A stretch of 64,000 nt of DNA, from the IMG/VR virus record IMGVR_UViG_3300037521_000345, positions 1 to 64,000 of that record; one strand, given 5' to 3'. The translations under genes were made by a program, and so were the position numbers. Origin of the DNA: a virus. The number at the start of each line of letters is the position of its first letter. Positions within the stretch are counted from its first letter, which is position 1. A model generated the notes under the pieces. That model saw only the letters and a list, made by a program, of their open reading frames with translations, did no database searches and had not been told where the DNA came from. Of this stretch, positions 45,542-56,246 are shown piece by piece.

Positions 45542-46498
45542 ATGACTGGATTTGAAGAGTATGGAGAATTACAAGGAGTTGGATTTCAAGGACAAACAGA
45601 ATCAATACCACCAGAAGAAGAATTTTTCAAGAGTATTTACATTGCTGGTATTACAAGAAAGAATCATATTAATATAGAAGAAATAGCAGGTAAAATACAA
45701 ATTAGAGGATTGGAATATAATCTAACTGAAGTTAATATGATTATTACTCATACAAAACCAATACTTGTTAGAGAACCAGAGAAAGGAACTAGAGATATGT
45801 TCTCTTGCTTCTCATATAAGAATGGTCCTGCACCATGGTTTGGAACAACTCAACTTGAAGATGGAAGACCAAGACCTTGTCCTGCAACAGCTTCCGAAAG
45901 AGCTCTCGTTGATTTCTGTGCTCCTTGTAGAGGACAAATTCTTGTTGCAGGAGTTTATTGTAATCCTGATGGAACACCAGCTACAGATTCAGAAGGAAAA
46001 CCCACATTTATATTTCTAAGGGGTAAAGGGGTAAAGTATGGAAATATATCAGGTTATCTTGATGAAATGTATAAATTAGAATTATCTCCTATTTTTGAAC
46101 CTGTTACAGATCAGAGTCAAGAATTTGAAAGAGTAGTTGTGAATAATAAACGTCACGTCACTCGAATTACAATGGGACAAACCACTACAAGATATGGTGA
46201 TAAAAATGTTTTTGTATTAGAAAAAGGTCCTAAATTAGATAATCAATCTGTAATGAATGTATTAGACGTTACTAAAAAGACTATGGAAAAGTTTAATGAA
46301 AAATTTGACTGGAGTAAAAAACGAAAACCAGCAAGACCTGATGGTGTTCTAGCAATGGATGCTCCAGAAACGGATCATACAGCTCCTGATGAATCAAATA
46401 CTGCTGATCCAAAATCTACAGAACAACCTGCTGAAACATCTGCTGAAACACCTCCACCTTCAGAAAAAACATTTAGCTTTGATAAAATTGAGTTTTAA
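45542..46498 (+). CDS. putative single-stranded DNA-binding protein
   Basis: 318 aa, acidic/Pro-rich tail ending FSFDKIEF typical of phage SSBs; AGGAGG SD; inferred. Confidence 0.5.
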   Translation: MTGFEEYGELQGVGFQGQTESIPPEEEFFKSIYIAGITRKNHINIEEIAGKIQIRGLEYNLTEVNMIITHTKPILVREPEKGTRDMFSCFSYKNGPAPWFGTTQLEDGRPRPCPATASERALVDFCAPCRGQILVAGVYCNPDGTPATDSEGKPTFIFLRGKGVKYGNISGYLDEMYKLELSPIFEPVTDQSQEFERVVVNNKRHVTRITMGQTTTRYGDKNVFVLEKGPKLDNQSVMNVLDVTKKTMEKFNEKFDWSKKRKPARPDGVLAMDAPETDHTAPDESNTADPKSTEQPAETSAETPPPSEKTFSFDKIEF

Positions 46499-46518
46499 AA
46501 TAGAGAGGAATCATTCTA

Positions 46519-46884
46519 ATGAAAACGTTTGAATTAAAATGTGAATGTGGAATGATAATAAAAGAATTAAGTGTTTCAATTATAAAAAAATATAGATCAG
46601 ATTTTATTATACAAGATGGAATTGGTGATAGAAATGCAGATCGTCTTGTCTCTTTATTTGGAAAAAATTCTTTTTTAGATACTTTCCTCTATGAAGAAGG
46701 TAGAGAATATTTTAGTGGAGGAGTAAATAAAATAATGTATAACTGTAAGATCTGTGGCGAAGTTACAATAAATGAACATGATACTCCAAACATAAATGAT
46801 TTTATTAGAGATTCTGAATTTATATTTTTTGGGGATGATATTAAAGAATTTTCATATGGAAAATTAAAAATAAATAAACTTTAA
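46519..46884 (+). CDS. hypothetical Zn-ribbon-like protein
   Basis: CECG...CKICG. Confidence 0.65.
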   Translation: MKTFELKCECGMIIKELSVSIIKKYRSDFIIQDGIGDRNADRLVSLFGKNSFLDTFLYEEGREYFSGGVNKIMYNCKICGEVTINEHDTPNINDFIRDSEFIFFGDDIKEFSYGKLKINKL

Positions 46885-46911
46885 TTAAACTTTGTATCAA
46901 GGAGAGTTTGA

Positions 46912-48132
46912 ATGCCAAGTCAAAATACCCCAGTACAAGAACAAAAATATTATGAAAAACTAAATATTTCGGTCCTCTCTATTAGTCGAATTAAAGAATT
47001 ACTTAAAGATGATATTAAATCAACTCTGATTTGTTGGCAACAAGGAAGAGATGTTGATAGACAATGCTATCGAATTATTGGACCAGCAGGTGTTGGAAAG
47101 ACTCAAATATGCTATCAAATAGTTGAAGAACTATCAGAAGAAGTGGGTATTCCATTTCAACTTATTATGATAAAAGCTCCCGTTCTATCAAGGGATGATT
47201 TTATAATTCCATTTCCTGTTATTAATAATGGAAATGAAAAATTCAAAATGTTGTATTCAGACTTCGTTCCAGAAGGTGATGATACATATGGTTTGTTTGT
47301 CATAGATGAGTGTGGTCGTGGCGATCATGCATTACAACAATTATTATGGCAAGTTCAAAATGAATATTCAATTCATAGATATGACTTTCCAAAACATTGG
47401 TTTGTTATATCAATTGATAATCCAGATGACTCTGAATATTCAATGGATATTATTGAGGATGCTGCAGGTCTTCGTCGAAATCTTCACGTTTATACAGAAG
47501 TAAGTGCTAAAGATTTTCTTGACTATGCTATTAAAAAAGATTTTCATCCATTTGTCATTGAGTATATTCAGACACATCCAGAAAGAGTTTATGATTGGCA
47601 ATCCCAAAAGGTTGGTGCAGTTTATGCTAATCCTGCAAGTTGGGAAAAGATTTCAGATCATCTCTGGAAAATGGAAATAGCACATGGAAAAATAGATTTT
47701 GATAAGTTTGAACCTAAAGCTTCTGGTTTAATTAACACTAATCAAACTCGATTATTTTTAGAATTTGCAAGAGATAAACGAGATATTAATCCAAAAGATA
47801 TTTTCTATAATTTTAATAAAGTAGAAAAACAGATAAAGAATCTTATTAAAAATAACGATAATTCTAAACTTGGTGAACTAATGACAAGTTTTGGAACCTT
47901 TATGGTTACCACAATGCCTTCCTATCAAAGTGATAATCTAAAAAATGTTATTGAATTTCTATTATTAATGCCTGTTGATACAGCAGCATTGTTTATGTCT
48001 CAAATAGATCAATATGAAAGATCATCAAAATCATTTCAATACATGACAAAACTCCACGTAATATTGACTCAAAAATCACATAAATACAAAAGAGAATTCT
48101 ATGATCCACTGGTTGGACTTGGACTAGAATAA
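46912..48132 (+). CDS. AAA+ ATPase (MoxR-like)
   Basis: GPAGVGKT, VIDECGR, LRR, NPASWEK; adjacent to vWA peptidase. Confidence 0.8.
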   Translation: MPSQNTPVQEQKYYEKLNISVLSISRIKELLKDDIKSTLICWQQGRDVDRQCYRIIGPAGVGKTQICYQIVEELSEEVGIPFQLIMIKAPVLSRDDFIIPFPVINNGNEKFKMLYSDFVPEGDDTYGLFVIDECGRGDHALQQLLWQVQNEYSIHRYDFPKHWFVISIDNPDDSEYSMDIIEDAAGLRRNLHVYTEVSAKDFLDYAIKKDFHPFVIEYIQTHPERVYDWQSQKVGAVYANPASWEKISDHLWKMEIAHGKIDFDKFEPKASGLINTNQTRLFLEFARDKRDINPKDIFYNFNKVEKQIKNLIKNNDNSKLGELMTSFGTFMVTTMPSYQSDNLKNVIEFLLLMPVDTAALFMSQIDQYERSSKSFQYMTKLHVILTQKSHKYKREFYDPLVGLGLE

Positions 48133-48153
48133 AACTAATATAAAGGAGTCAGT

Positions 48154-49434
48154 ATGCCAGGTGAACAAACACACCAACGATTTAAAGAGTTATTTGCAAA
48201 ATTTGTTCTCAAGTATAATTACTGGGGGTATTTGTTTTCCAGAATAAGAAGAAAACCATCTGAAAATATTCCATCCATTATGGGAGTAGCTCCTGAAATG
48301 GATGGAACTATAACTTTATGGTATCATCCTAAGTTAGTTGATGGAACAGATGAAAAGAATCTCACAAAAATTCTTGAGCACGAAGGTATGCATTTATTAA
48401 ATAAACATATAGCAAGATTAATAAGAATTATTGCAGATGAAACAGATATAACTAAATTACATATTAAAATAGATTTATGGAATCTAGCAGCTGATGCTGC
48501 CTCTAATCACCAAGCACAATTTGAAGATGATCTTATTGTAGATGGAGAACCTTGGCCACTTATATTTCCAGCAAGTATAGGACTTCCAGAAAATAAAACT
48601 GCTGAATTTTACTATTATGAGTTATTAAAAAAGAATAAAGACGACATGGAAAAATTTGCAAAGGAAATGAAAAAGATATTTAAAATATTAGATAGTCATT
48701 CAGAATGGTCAAAAGGTTTATCAAAAGCTGGTGATCCAAGCACTTTATCAAGAAAGATAGATAGTTTTATTACAGATATTATAAGAGAATCTGTTAAAAG
48801 TTTTTCAAGAGATAAAGGAAATTTGCCAGCACATATACGTGAGTTAGTTGAGCAAGCATTAGGACCTCCAAAGGTTCCATATTATGCTCTTATTAAAAAA
48901 CTTATTAAAGGAAGCAGATTATCTAAATTCAAAAGGTCACATACAAAAGTTAATCGAAAGAGAGGTTATGTATTTGTAATTGGAACAAAGGATGGTATAC
49001 CAGAAATCTCACCTTTTCCAGGAAGAACTAGAGACTTTACATTCAAAATAGGTATCGTGATTGATACATCAGGAAGTATGACAATAGAATGGATTGCAGA
49101 AGGTCTCTCTGGAGTCAAAAATATATTAGAAAAAGATAGACACTGTCATGTTACAGTGATGCAAGTTGATACAGTAGTTGAAAGTGAGTATCAACCCAAG
49201 AAAATTAGAGATATTAGATTTGAAGCAAAAGGAAGAGGTGGAACAGAATTATATCCTGGTTTGAAAAGATGTAGAGAATTAGAAGTTGATGTCTGCCTAG
49301 TATTTACAGATGGACATTGTGAAAATATAAATACAATACCTCGAAAGTTATTACCAAAAAAAATCATTTGGGTTATAACTCCAAGTGGAAGTCCAGATAA
49401 AATTAATAAAACTGGATATGTAATAAGAATTTAA
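48154..49434 (+). CDS. DUF2201-type metallopeptidase-like + vWA protein
   Basis: HEGMHLL..H, WNLAADAASN, IDTSGSM, GRGGT, FTDG. Confidence 0.8.
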   Translation: MPGEQTHQRFKELFAKFVLKYNYWGYLFSRIRRKPSENIPSIMGVAPEMDGTITLWYHPKLVDGTDEKNLTKILEHEGMHLLNKHIARLIRIIADETDITKLHIKIDLWNLAADAASNHQAQFEDDLIVDGEPWPLIFPASIGLPENKTAEFYYYELLKKNKDDMEKFAKEMKKIFKILDSHSEWSKGLSKAGDPSTLSRKIDSFITDIIRESVKSFSRDKGNLPAHIRELVEQALGPPKVPYYALIKKLIKGSRLSKFKRSHTKVNRKRGYVFVIGTKDGIPEISPFPGRTRDFTFKIGIVIDTSGSMTIEWIAEGLSGVKNILEKDRHCHVTVMQVDTVVESEYQPKKIRDIRFEAKGRGGTELYPGLKRCRELEVDVCLVFTDGHCENINTIPRKLLPKKIIWVITPSGSPDKINKTGYVIRI

Positions 49435-49463
49435 TAATTATTTAACGGGAGGATTTGGATAGA

Positions 49464-51248
49464 ATGTCAAAATCTTACGATTCTAAAGACATTAGAGTTT
49501 TAGAAGAGCTTGAGCATATTAGGTTGAATCCAAGTATGTATATTGGGTCAACCACGGATCCAACTCACCTCGTTGAAGAAGCAATTGACAATGCTCTCGA
49601 CGAAGCATTGGCAGGTTATGCAACAATTATAGCTGTAAATATTAATACTAAAAAACATATTTGCAGTATATTAGATAATGGAAGGGGCATCCCAATAACA
49701 GAGGATGTCCCTATTATTATTTCATCTAAACTATTCTCGGGAGCGAAGTTTCAAGATAAGAAAACTGCATATGAAATAAGTTCAGGTCTTCATGGTGTTG
49801 GTTTAGTAGCTGTTAATGCTTTGAGCAGTCAGTATAAAATTGAAATATATAGAGATGGTAAGCATGCTATATTCAATTTTAAAAAAGCAAAGTTAAAAAG
49901 TAAAGTAATTGAACCAAATGGAGACTCACCATTTTCAACAAAAATTGAATTTATGCCAGATAAAAAATTCTTTGAAACTTTAATTCCGAATATAGATAGA
50001 ATAAGAAAAAGATTAATCACAGCATCTGCTGAATTGGATAAAAAGATAACATTCATACTACAAGTAGATGATGAGAAAGAAATTATTAAATTAAGTTTAG
50101 AACAGCATTTCCTGGAAAATTGTTTATCAACAGGTGTGGCGCAAACAATATTACTTTTAAATTCTGAACACAAACCAGAAAGATTCAGAATAATGATGGC
50201 ATATGAAAATGGAGGTTCAATATCTCCCAAAGTATTATCATCAGTTAACTTGTTACCAGTAGAAGGAGGAGGGAGTCATGTAAATTGTTTCTATGATTTA
50301 CTTAGAGATTTCTTTACAGCTAAAGCAAAAAAGCTAGATTATAAATTTCAACCCAACGATGTATTATATGGATTGAGAGCATATCTAATGTTGAGTTTAG
50401 TTGAACCAAAATTCTCTGGACAAACAAAAGATAAATTAACAAATAGAAGAGTTTATTTTGATAGGTTTATGAGAGATTGTAAATATCAATTAGAAGTATT
50501 TGCAAATAATAACTCATCAAAGATTAATGAATTTTTAGAGAGATTTCAATCTTATAGAAAAAAACTTGATGCTAAAAAACTATCAATGAATGGAACAGGT
50601 GGAAGAAGAGCATCAACAAAATTTACAAAGCTCAGGGATTGTACAAGTAGAAATGGTGAGTTATTTGTTGTTGAAGGTGATTCAGCAGGAGGTTCAATCA
50701 TTCAAAGTCGAAATCCAAATCTACATGCTGTATTACCATTGAGAGGAAAATCAATTCCAAACGTTACAGTTAAAAAGAATATCCTCAAGAATAAAGAAGT
50801 CGGGGAATTAGTCATGGCAATTGGAGCAGGAATTGGTCCTCACTTTGACATATCTAAAATGAGATATAGTAAAATTATATGTGCTACAGATGCAGATCAT
50901 GATGGAGCACATATTGCTTGTCTATTAACAATGGTTATGGGAATATTATTACCTGATGTTATTAAAGAGGGAAGATACTATATAGCACAAACTCCACTAT
51001 TTGCAATCAATGAGAAGAAAGCATTTATTCCATTATGGTCAGAAGAAGAATTAGAAAAAGCAAGAACAGCGGGAAGAACTATTCAAAGATATAAAGGATT
51101 AGGTGAGATGAATCCTGCAGAATTAAAGATAAGTTTATTAGATGAAGCTACAAGAAATCTAACTCGAGTTGAATACAGTCATGATATTGAATCTTTAATT
51201 AAACTATTTTCGAGCGCTGAAGAAAAAAGAAAGTTGGTAACTAGATAA
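49464..51248 (+). CDS. type IIA DNA topoisomerase subunit B (GyrB/ParE-like)
   Basis: HIRLNPSMYIGS, EAIDNALDE, DNGRGIP, GLHGVG, VEGDSAG, PLRGK, DADHDG, RYKGLGEM; ATG 49464 fits SD better than TTG 49455. Confidence 0.92.
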   Translation: MSKSYDSKDIRVLEELEHIRLNPSMYIGSTTDPTHLVEEAIDNALDEALAGYATIIAVNINTKKHICSILDNGRGIPITEDVPIIISSKLFSGAKFQDKKTAYEISSGLHGVGLVAVNALSSQYKIEIYRDGKHAIFNFKKAKLKSKVIEPNGDSPFSTKIEFMPDKKFFETLIPNIDRIRKRLITASAELDKKITFILQVDDEKEIIKLSLEQHFLENCLSTGVAQTILLLNSEHKPERFRIMMAYENGGSISPKVLSSVNLLPVEGGGSHVNCFYDLLRDFFTAKAKKLDYKFQPNDVLYGLRAYLMLSLVEPKFSGQTKDKLTNRRVYFDRFMRDCKYQLEVFANNNSSKINEFLERFQSYRKKLDAKKLSMNGTGGRRASTKFTKLRDCTSRNGELFVVEGDSAGGSIIQSRNPNLHAVLPLRGKSIPNVTVKKNILKNKEVGELVMAIGAGIGPHFDISKMRYSKIICATDADHDGAHIACLLTMVMGILLPDVIKEGRYYIAQTPLFAINEKKAFIPLWSEEELEKARTAGRTIQRYKGLGEMNPAELKISLLDEATRNLTRVEYSHDIESLIKLFSSAEEKRKLVTR

Positions 51249-51269
51249 AACAACAAAGGAGAATAAAAA

Positions 51270-51653
51270 ATGGGTCTTGATATTGAAAAAATTAAAGAGT
51301 CTTCAACATGGATTCCTGATAAAAGAGCAATACAATGGACCGAACAATGGATAGGAAATCAATTAAAAAAATCTGAATGCTTTATATGGGTATCATCTTT
51401 TTTCTCAATTAAATTTTCTACAGACTTAAATTATGCTACTATAACTGATGTAAACTTTCCTATTTATGAACCCTCTGAAAAAACTTTTGAAAATTTAGCA
51501 AGAACAATAAAAATATTAGAAAAATTAAACTATAACGTTGATTCTAATGAAAAAATAGTTGCAAATTTAGGTATAGAAACAAGAGTTATTGATGATCGAA
51601 CTATTGATAAATATATATATATACCCAAGTCAAAATATTCTGATAAAAATTAG
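51270..51653 (+). CDS. hypothetical protein
   Basis: 127 aa with AGGAG SD. Confidence 0.65.
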   Translation: MGLDIEKIKESSTWIPDKRAIQWTEQWIGNQLKKSECFIWVSSFFSIKFSTDLNYATITDVNFPIYEPSEKTFENLARTIKILEKLNYNVDSNEKIVANLGIETRVIDDRTIDKYIYIPKSKYSDKN

Positions 51654-51666
51654 TAAGAGGTAAAAT

Positions 51667-52488
51667 ATGATTTATAGTGTTATATCTAGACAAGGTGGAA
51701 AAAGTAGATTAGTAAGATATATTAGACATATCTTTCCTCGTCAACATAAATTTTATGGAGAAGTTTTTGGTGGTGCTGCTTGGATTCTATTAAATAAAGA
51801 ACCATCTCTAATAGAAATATTCAATGATATTGATGGAAATGTTATAAATTTATTTAGAATCATTAGAGATTTTCCTGGAGAATTTGTAAATAGATTTAGA
51901 TATGATATTATAGCAAGAGAAACATTTGATGAATATAAAGATATAGATTTACATCTTCTTGATCCATTTGATCGTGCAGTAAAATATTATTATGTTTATT
52001 GTAATTCGTTTGCCGCAGATATGAATACATTTATTAAGAGAGATAAGAGTACAAATCCAAATAGATTTCATGCAAGATTACCTGATATTGTTGAAAAATT
52101 TACAAACAGGATGCAGAATGTTGTTATAGAAAATTTGGATTTTAGAGAATTTTTTAATAAATACAATGGCAAGGAATGGTTATTTTATTTAGATCCACCC
52201 TATTATGGAGTTGAAGGATATGAAGAACCATTTAATGAACAAGAGCATAAAGATTTAGCATATATTCTCTCTAATAAATTTGAAGGAAAATTTATACTTT
52301 CTTATAATGATACTCCAGAAATTAGAAATTTGTACTCACAATTTAAAATTAGAAATTTAGATATAATATATCAAGCAGCAAATCGACCTCAAGTTAATAA
52401 AGATTTATCTGGACAGAAATCAGAACTTATCATTGCTAATTTTAAAGCTAATTTTGAATTTATTCGCGAAAAACATTTAGATTTTTGA
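51667..52488 (+). CDS. dam: DNA adenine methyltransferase (Dam/D12 class)
   Basis: GGKSRL, EVFGGAA, NDID, YLDPPY, LSYND. Confidence 0.85.
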   Translation: MIYSVISRQGGKSRLVRYIRHIFPRQHKFYGEVFGGAAWILLNKEPSLIEIFNDIDGNVINLFRIIRDFPGEFVNRFRYDIIARETFDEYKDIDLHLLDPFDRAVKYYYVYCNSFAADMNTFIKRDKSTNPNRFHARLPDIVEKFTNRMQNVVIENLDFREFFNKYNGKEWLFYLDPPYYGVEGYEEPFNEQEHKDLAYILSNKFEGKFILSYNDTPEIRNLYSQFKIRNLDIIYQAANRPQVNKDLSGQKSELIIANFKANFEFIREKHLDF

Positions 52489-52500
52489 AAGGAAAAAATA

Positions 52501-53436
52501 ATGAAGGGAAAAGTAATTCAAATTATACGAACATTTCCACATGGTAATAAATTGTATAGACGTTCAGAAGGTCATCCAGAAGAAAAACCATTATTACAAC
52601 AACTAAAATCAGCTTATATAATTTGGAAAAATAGTTGTCTCAAAGTTACTATCACTAATGAAAATGACTTAAAACAAATTATTCAATATACAAATAATTA
52701 TATAGATTTCTGGCATCAAGAAATATTTGATAAGATAAGAAACAATGGACAAAGTCAATTATATCCTTCAGTTCTTGAGGAAACAATGTACTATCTTTTT
52801 AATACTATTGTTAAACCACCTTTAGTCTGTGGAACTCGTACAATTTGTATTAGTTCATATATAAAACCATATAATGAACTTAATTTTAATGCCTTTTATG
52901 AAGACAATTTGTGTTTTGAAACAATGGATGCAGATTTTGTTATTGGTATGTTAATAGATTCTATGATTACTAAAAAGAAAGAAATTATTCCATTTGTAAT
53001 TATAGAAAATAAAAAATATGCTGATAAAACTATGCGAGGGAGAGGGGAAGATATAAAATTAAAACTAAAAAGATTTTCTACAGACTGTTTATATGCATTT
53101 GTAGTAGATATATTAAGAGGTGGTTCAATTTCAAAAGACTTCAATCCAAACCTATGCACAATAGATCAAATTTATGGTGTAAGAGAATGGAACGATGATA
53201 GCAAAAATGAACTAAAAGAAAATGTAGTTTTTACATTATTTTCAGATGTAGTATATCACTTACATAAAATTAAAAAAGAGAGTATATCTATGGAAGAAAG
53301 ATTTAATAGGGGATTTATGATGGATCGATATACACCACCCCTACCTGAAGTGTTTCAGATTGTAGAAGAGTTTCAAAAAATTAAACCTATCACCGAACAA
53401 CCAATAATAATGTTTAATAAGGAAAATATCACATGA
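52501..53436 (+). CDS. putative type II restriction endonuclease (PD-(D/E)XK)
   Basis: DADFVIG...IIENKKYADKTM catalytic pattern; directly downstream of methyltransferase. Confidence 0.55.
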   Translation: MKGKVIQIIRTFPHGNKLYRRSEGHPEEKPLLQQLKSAYIIWKNSCLKVTITNENDLKQIIQYTNNYIDFWHQEIFDKIRNNGQSQLYPSVLEETMYYLFNTIVKPPLVCGTRTICISSYIKPYNELNFNAFYEDNLCFETMDADFVIGMLIDSMITKKKEIIPFVIIENKKYADKTMRGRGEDIKLKLKRFSTDCLYAFVVDILRGGSISKDFNPNLCTIDQIYGVREWNDDSKNELKENVVFTLFSDVVYHLHKIKKESISMEERFNRGFMMDRYTPPLPEVFQIVEEFQKIKPITEQPIIMFNKENIT

Positions 53437-53597
53437 GGCAAAAAACCTTAACAAAACAGTGTGACAACTGTAGCTTCTGTATAATGAATGATAAAAACCA
53501 ATTATGTTGTGGTTGGGGTAATAGTAAAAGTATTAAAATATTGAATACTCCAAAAAGAAAAAAAGGTTATCCAGAATGTAATCTTATCAAGAGTTAA
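53433..53597 (+). CDS. small Cys-rich hypothetical protein (54 aa), not in ORF track
   Basis: ATGA overlap; MRQKTLTKQCDNCSFC...CCGWG...PEC. Confidence 0.55.
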   Translation: MRQKTLTKQCDNCSFCIMNDKNQLCCGWGNSKSIKILNTPKRKKGYPECNLIKS

Positions 53598-53618
53598 CAT
53601 TTAAATAGGAGTTTAATA

Positions 53619-54068
53619 ATGGGAACAAGAGCAGATTTCTATATTGATAATAAGGGAGATATGACGTGGATGGGTAGTATATATAATGATGGTGAACCCT
53701 GGCATATGCCAATCACGTTGTTAGCACAAATTAACCCTGTAATGTTTGCAGAACAATTGAGTGAATTTCTTGAAAAGATTAGACATACAGATCAAATGTG
53801 GCCATGGACATGGGAAGATAGTCGTTCAACAGATTACTCATATATTCTTGATTGTGAAAGGGGCAGAGTAGTTGGATTTTCTTCATCAGATAAAATGATC
53901 TTTGATCCATTGAGAGTAACAGTTGGAGAGGATTTAAACTCATCAAAGATTGCAAATGCTATACCAAATTTTCCAAAACTAGGAGATGGAAATGGATCGA
54001 AATCTTCCAAACCTTTACAGAGAATACGGGACATATTCAAATTACAGAAATTTCCCTTTAGATCTTGA
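53619..54068 (+). CDS. hypothetical protein
   Basis: 149 aa, AGGAG SD, MGTRADFY start. Confidence 0.65.
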   Translation: MGTRADFYIDNKGDMTWMGSIYNDGEPWHMPITLLAQINPVMFAEQLSEFLEKIRHTDQMWPWTWEDSRSTDYSYILDCERGRVVGFSSSDKMIFDPLRVTVGEDLNSSKIANAIPNFPKLGDGNGSKSSKPLQRIRDIFKLQKFPFRS

Positions 54069-55308
54069 TGGATTAAAACCCGTTGAGAGAAGAGTTTTAT
54101 TATCAGCATTTAAAATTGCAAGAACTAAATTTGCTAAATGCAGACAAGTTGACACTTATACTTGTGGTCATTATCATCCACACGGAGAATGCTATGGAAC
54201 AATAGTTCAATTAGTTAAACAAGGATTCTTAACAGGTCAAGGAAATTTTGGTACAAACGTTGGAATTGAAACTGTTGGACCAGCAGCTCCAAGATATACA
54301 GAATGTAAAATAAATGACTATACATTAAACCTGGCATTTAAGCTGGTCAAATATGTTCCATGGATTCAAACGGAACTTGATGATAAAGAACCAGCTTATC
54401 TTCCAACAATGTTTCCAGTATGTTTGATGGGAAAAGAATACACTCAAGGTATTGGATTTGGATATAAAACATTTATTCCTTGTTATGAAGTTAAAGATTT
54501 ATATAAAAGATTATTATGGTTACTAAATAAACGAAAAACAAAACCCACAATTAAACCAATTACCGACTGTGTAATATTATCAGGTAATGATACATTAGAA
54601 CAATTGTTGACAACTGGAAAAGCAAAAATTGATGTGAGGGGAATAATTCAAGAAGAACCCACAAGAAATAAAGCTATATTAAAATCGTGGCCACCTGGAA
54701 AGAGATTTGAAACAATTTTAAATAGACTTTCAAAACATTTTGAAAACGCTGATATTGGATTTACAGATTTATCAGTAACAGATACACAAATTGTATTTCA
54801 AGTTTTGAAAAATAGAAATAGAGATATAATGTATCGAAGATTTGTAAAAGATTTAAAAGAATCAGTTAATGGTTCAATTTCATTTGAAACTATAACAGTT
54901 AATACAAATGAAAATCAAAGAGTAGTACATAAATCAATAGATCAATTATTATTAGATACATATTCTGCTTATTGTAAAACAACAGAAATAATGATCAGGC
55001 AAGAAATTGAAAGACATGCTCAACTTATTAAAGAATATGAAGCATTGAGAAAAATTAGACCAGTTATCGCAAGTGGAGTTTCGAATAAATTATCACAAGA
55101 AAATATATTAGATGAAATTAAAAGATTAACAGATGTATCTAAAAAAATTGCTAAAGAATTAATGAATAAATATAAAATAAGTAAGTTATTAACATTAGAT
55201 ATAGATACAAATGAAATAAACAATCAAATGAATCAACTAAATCGACTAATCAAACAAATAGTTCCATACGTATTAAAGGGATATGATGATTTCCTTAAGT
55301 TAAAATAA
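53992..55308 (+). CDS. type IIA DNA topoisomerase subunit A (GyrA/ParC-like, no C-terminal pinwheel)
   Basis: DGLKPVERR, YHPHG, GQGNFG, APRYTE active-site Tyr, GIGFG; about 440 aa. Confidence 0.9.
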   Translation: MDRNLPNLYREYGTYSNYRNFPLDLDGLKPVERRVLLSAFKIARTKFAKCRQVDTYTCGHYHPHGECYGTIVQLVKQGFLTGQGNFGTNVGIETVGPAAPRYTECKINDYTLNLAFKLVKYVPWIQTELDDKEPAYLPTMFPVCLMGKEYTQGIGFGYKTFIPCYEVKDLYKRLLWLLNKRKTKPTIKPITDCVILSGNDTLEQLLTTGKAKIDVRGIIQEEPTRNKAILKSWPPGKRFETILNRLSKHFENADIGFTDLSVTDTQIVFQVLKNRNRDIMYRRFVKDLKESVNGSISFETITVNTNENQRVVHKSIDQLLLDTYSAYCKTTEIMIRQEIERHAQLIKEYEALRKIRPVIASGVSNKLSQENILDEIKRLTDVSKKIAKELMNKYKISKLLTLDIDTNEINNQMNQLNRLIKQIVPYVLKGYDDFLKLK

Positions 55309-55757
55309 TGGAGGATATTAATATGTTTCGTATTGAAAAAAGATTTACAATACCCATTGGACATAGATTGAGCAAACATAAAGGAAGATGTTCATCAATT
55401 CATGGTCATAATTTTACAATCCTTGTTGGAATAGCAAATTTTGAGTTAGATGAGAATGATATGCTCATTGATTTTTCAGAATTAAAATCATTGGTAAATA
55501 ATATAATTGATTCCTATGATCATGCATTATTAGTCAATAAAACTGATTTAGAATGGTTAGGACCATTAACAGAAAAATTAAATCTTCGAGCACATAAGTT
55601 TGATAATAAAAATTATGATCCAACAGCTGAAAGACTATCAGAACAATTATTTTTAAAATTAAAAGCTATTTTTACACCATATAGTTTTAGACTTGATTAT
55701 GTAACAGTTTATGAAAATGAAAATTCTAAAGCAACTTACTCTGAGGAATGGTCATGA
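55308..55757 (+). CDS. queD: 6-carboxy-5,6,7,8-tetrahydropterin synthase
   Basis: HRL..HKGRCSSIHGHN, IDFSELK, DH, PTAE, VYEN; alternative start 55323. Confidence 0.88.
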   Translation: MEDINMFRIEKRFTIPIGHRLSKHKGRCSSIHGHNFTILVGIANFELDENDMLIDFSELKSLVNNIIDSYDHALLVNKTDLEWLGPLTEKLNLRAHKFDNKNYDPTAERLSEQLFLKLKAIFTPYSFRLDYVTVYENENSKATYSEEWS

Positions 55758-56236
55758 ATACTTCTCAATATGGATTGTTTAGAATATTAAAAAAAATGGA
55801 TGACATTAGAGAAAGAAAAAAAATTATTTCCTATGATAAACTAGTAAAATTTTGTGAGCAGTATCTTCTAACTATAGAAAATTCAATTATATTTACTGGT
55901 ATGTATGATGGTTGTTGGAATTTCAAAACTAATACTAGTTATAAAAATTATAGATATAATTTTTATTCATTATCAAGATACATTGATGATGAAATTATGA
56001 AAAAGAAAGATGTAGAATCAATATTTAATCTCTATGATAAAAAAATGGAGTATATTTTAAATCTTACTATTATAGAAAATAAAATTTTATATGATAAATT
56101 TAATGAATTAAGAGAAAAATATCTTAAAGAAGATGATATTTTTAATTTCGATTCATTACAAAAACCAGATTCAGGAATAAAAGTAAAACAAATAGTTAAA
56201 TATAAATTTGATCCAACAAATTTATTGACAGCATGA
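55748..56236 (+). CDS. hypothetical protein
   Basis: 162 aa ORF in operon. Confidence 0.65.
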   Translation: MVMNTSQYGLFRILKKMDDIRERKKIISYDKLVKFCEQYLLTIENSIIFTGMYDGCWNFKTNTSYKNYRYNFYSLSRYIDDEIMKKKDVESIFNLYDKKMEYILNLTIIENKILYDKFNELREKYLKEDDIFNFDSLQKPDSGIKVKQIVKYKFDPTNLLTA

Positions 56237-56246
56237 GGAGAAAGGT

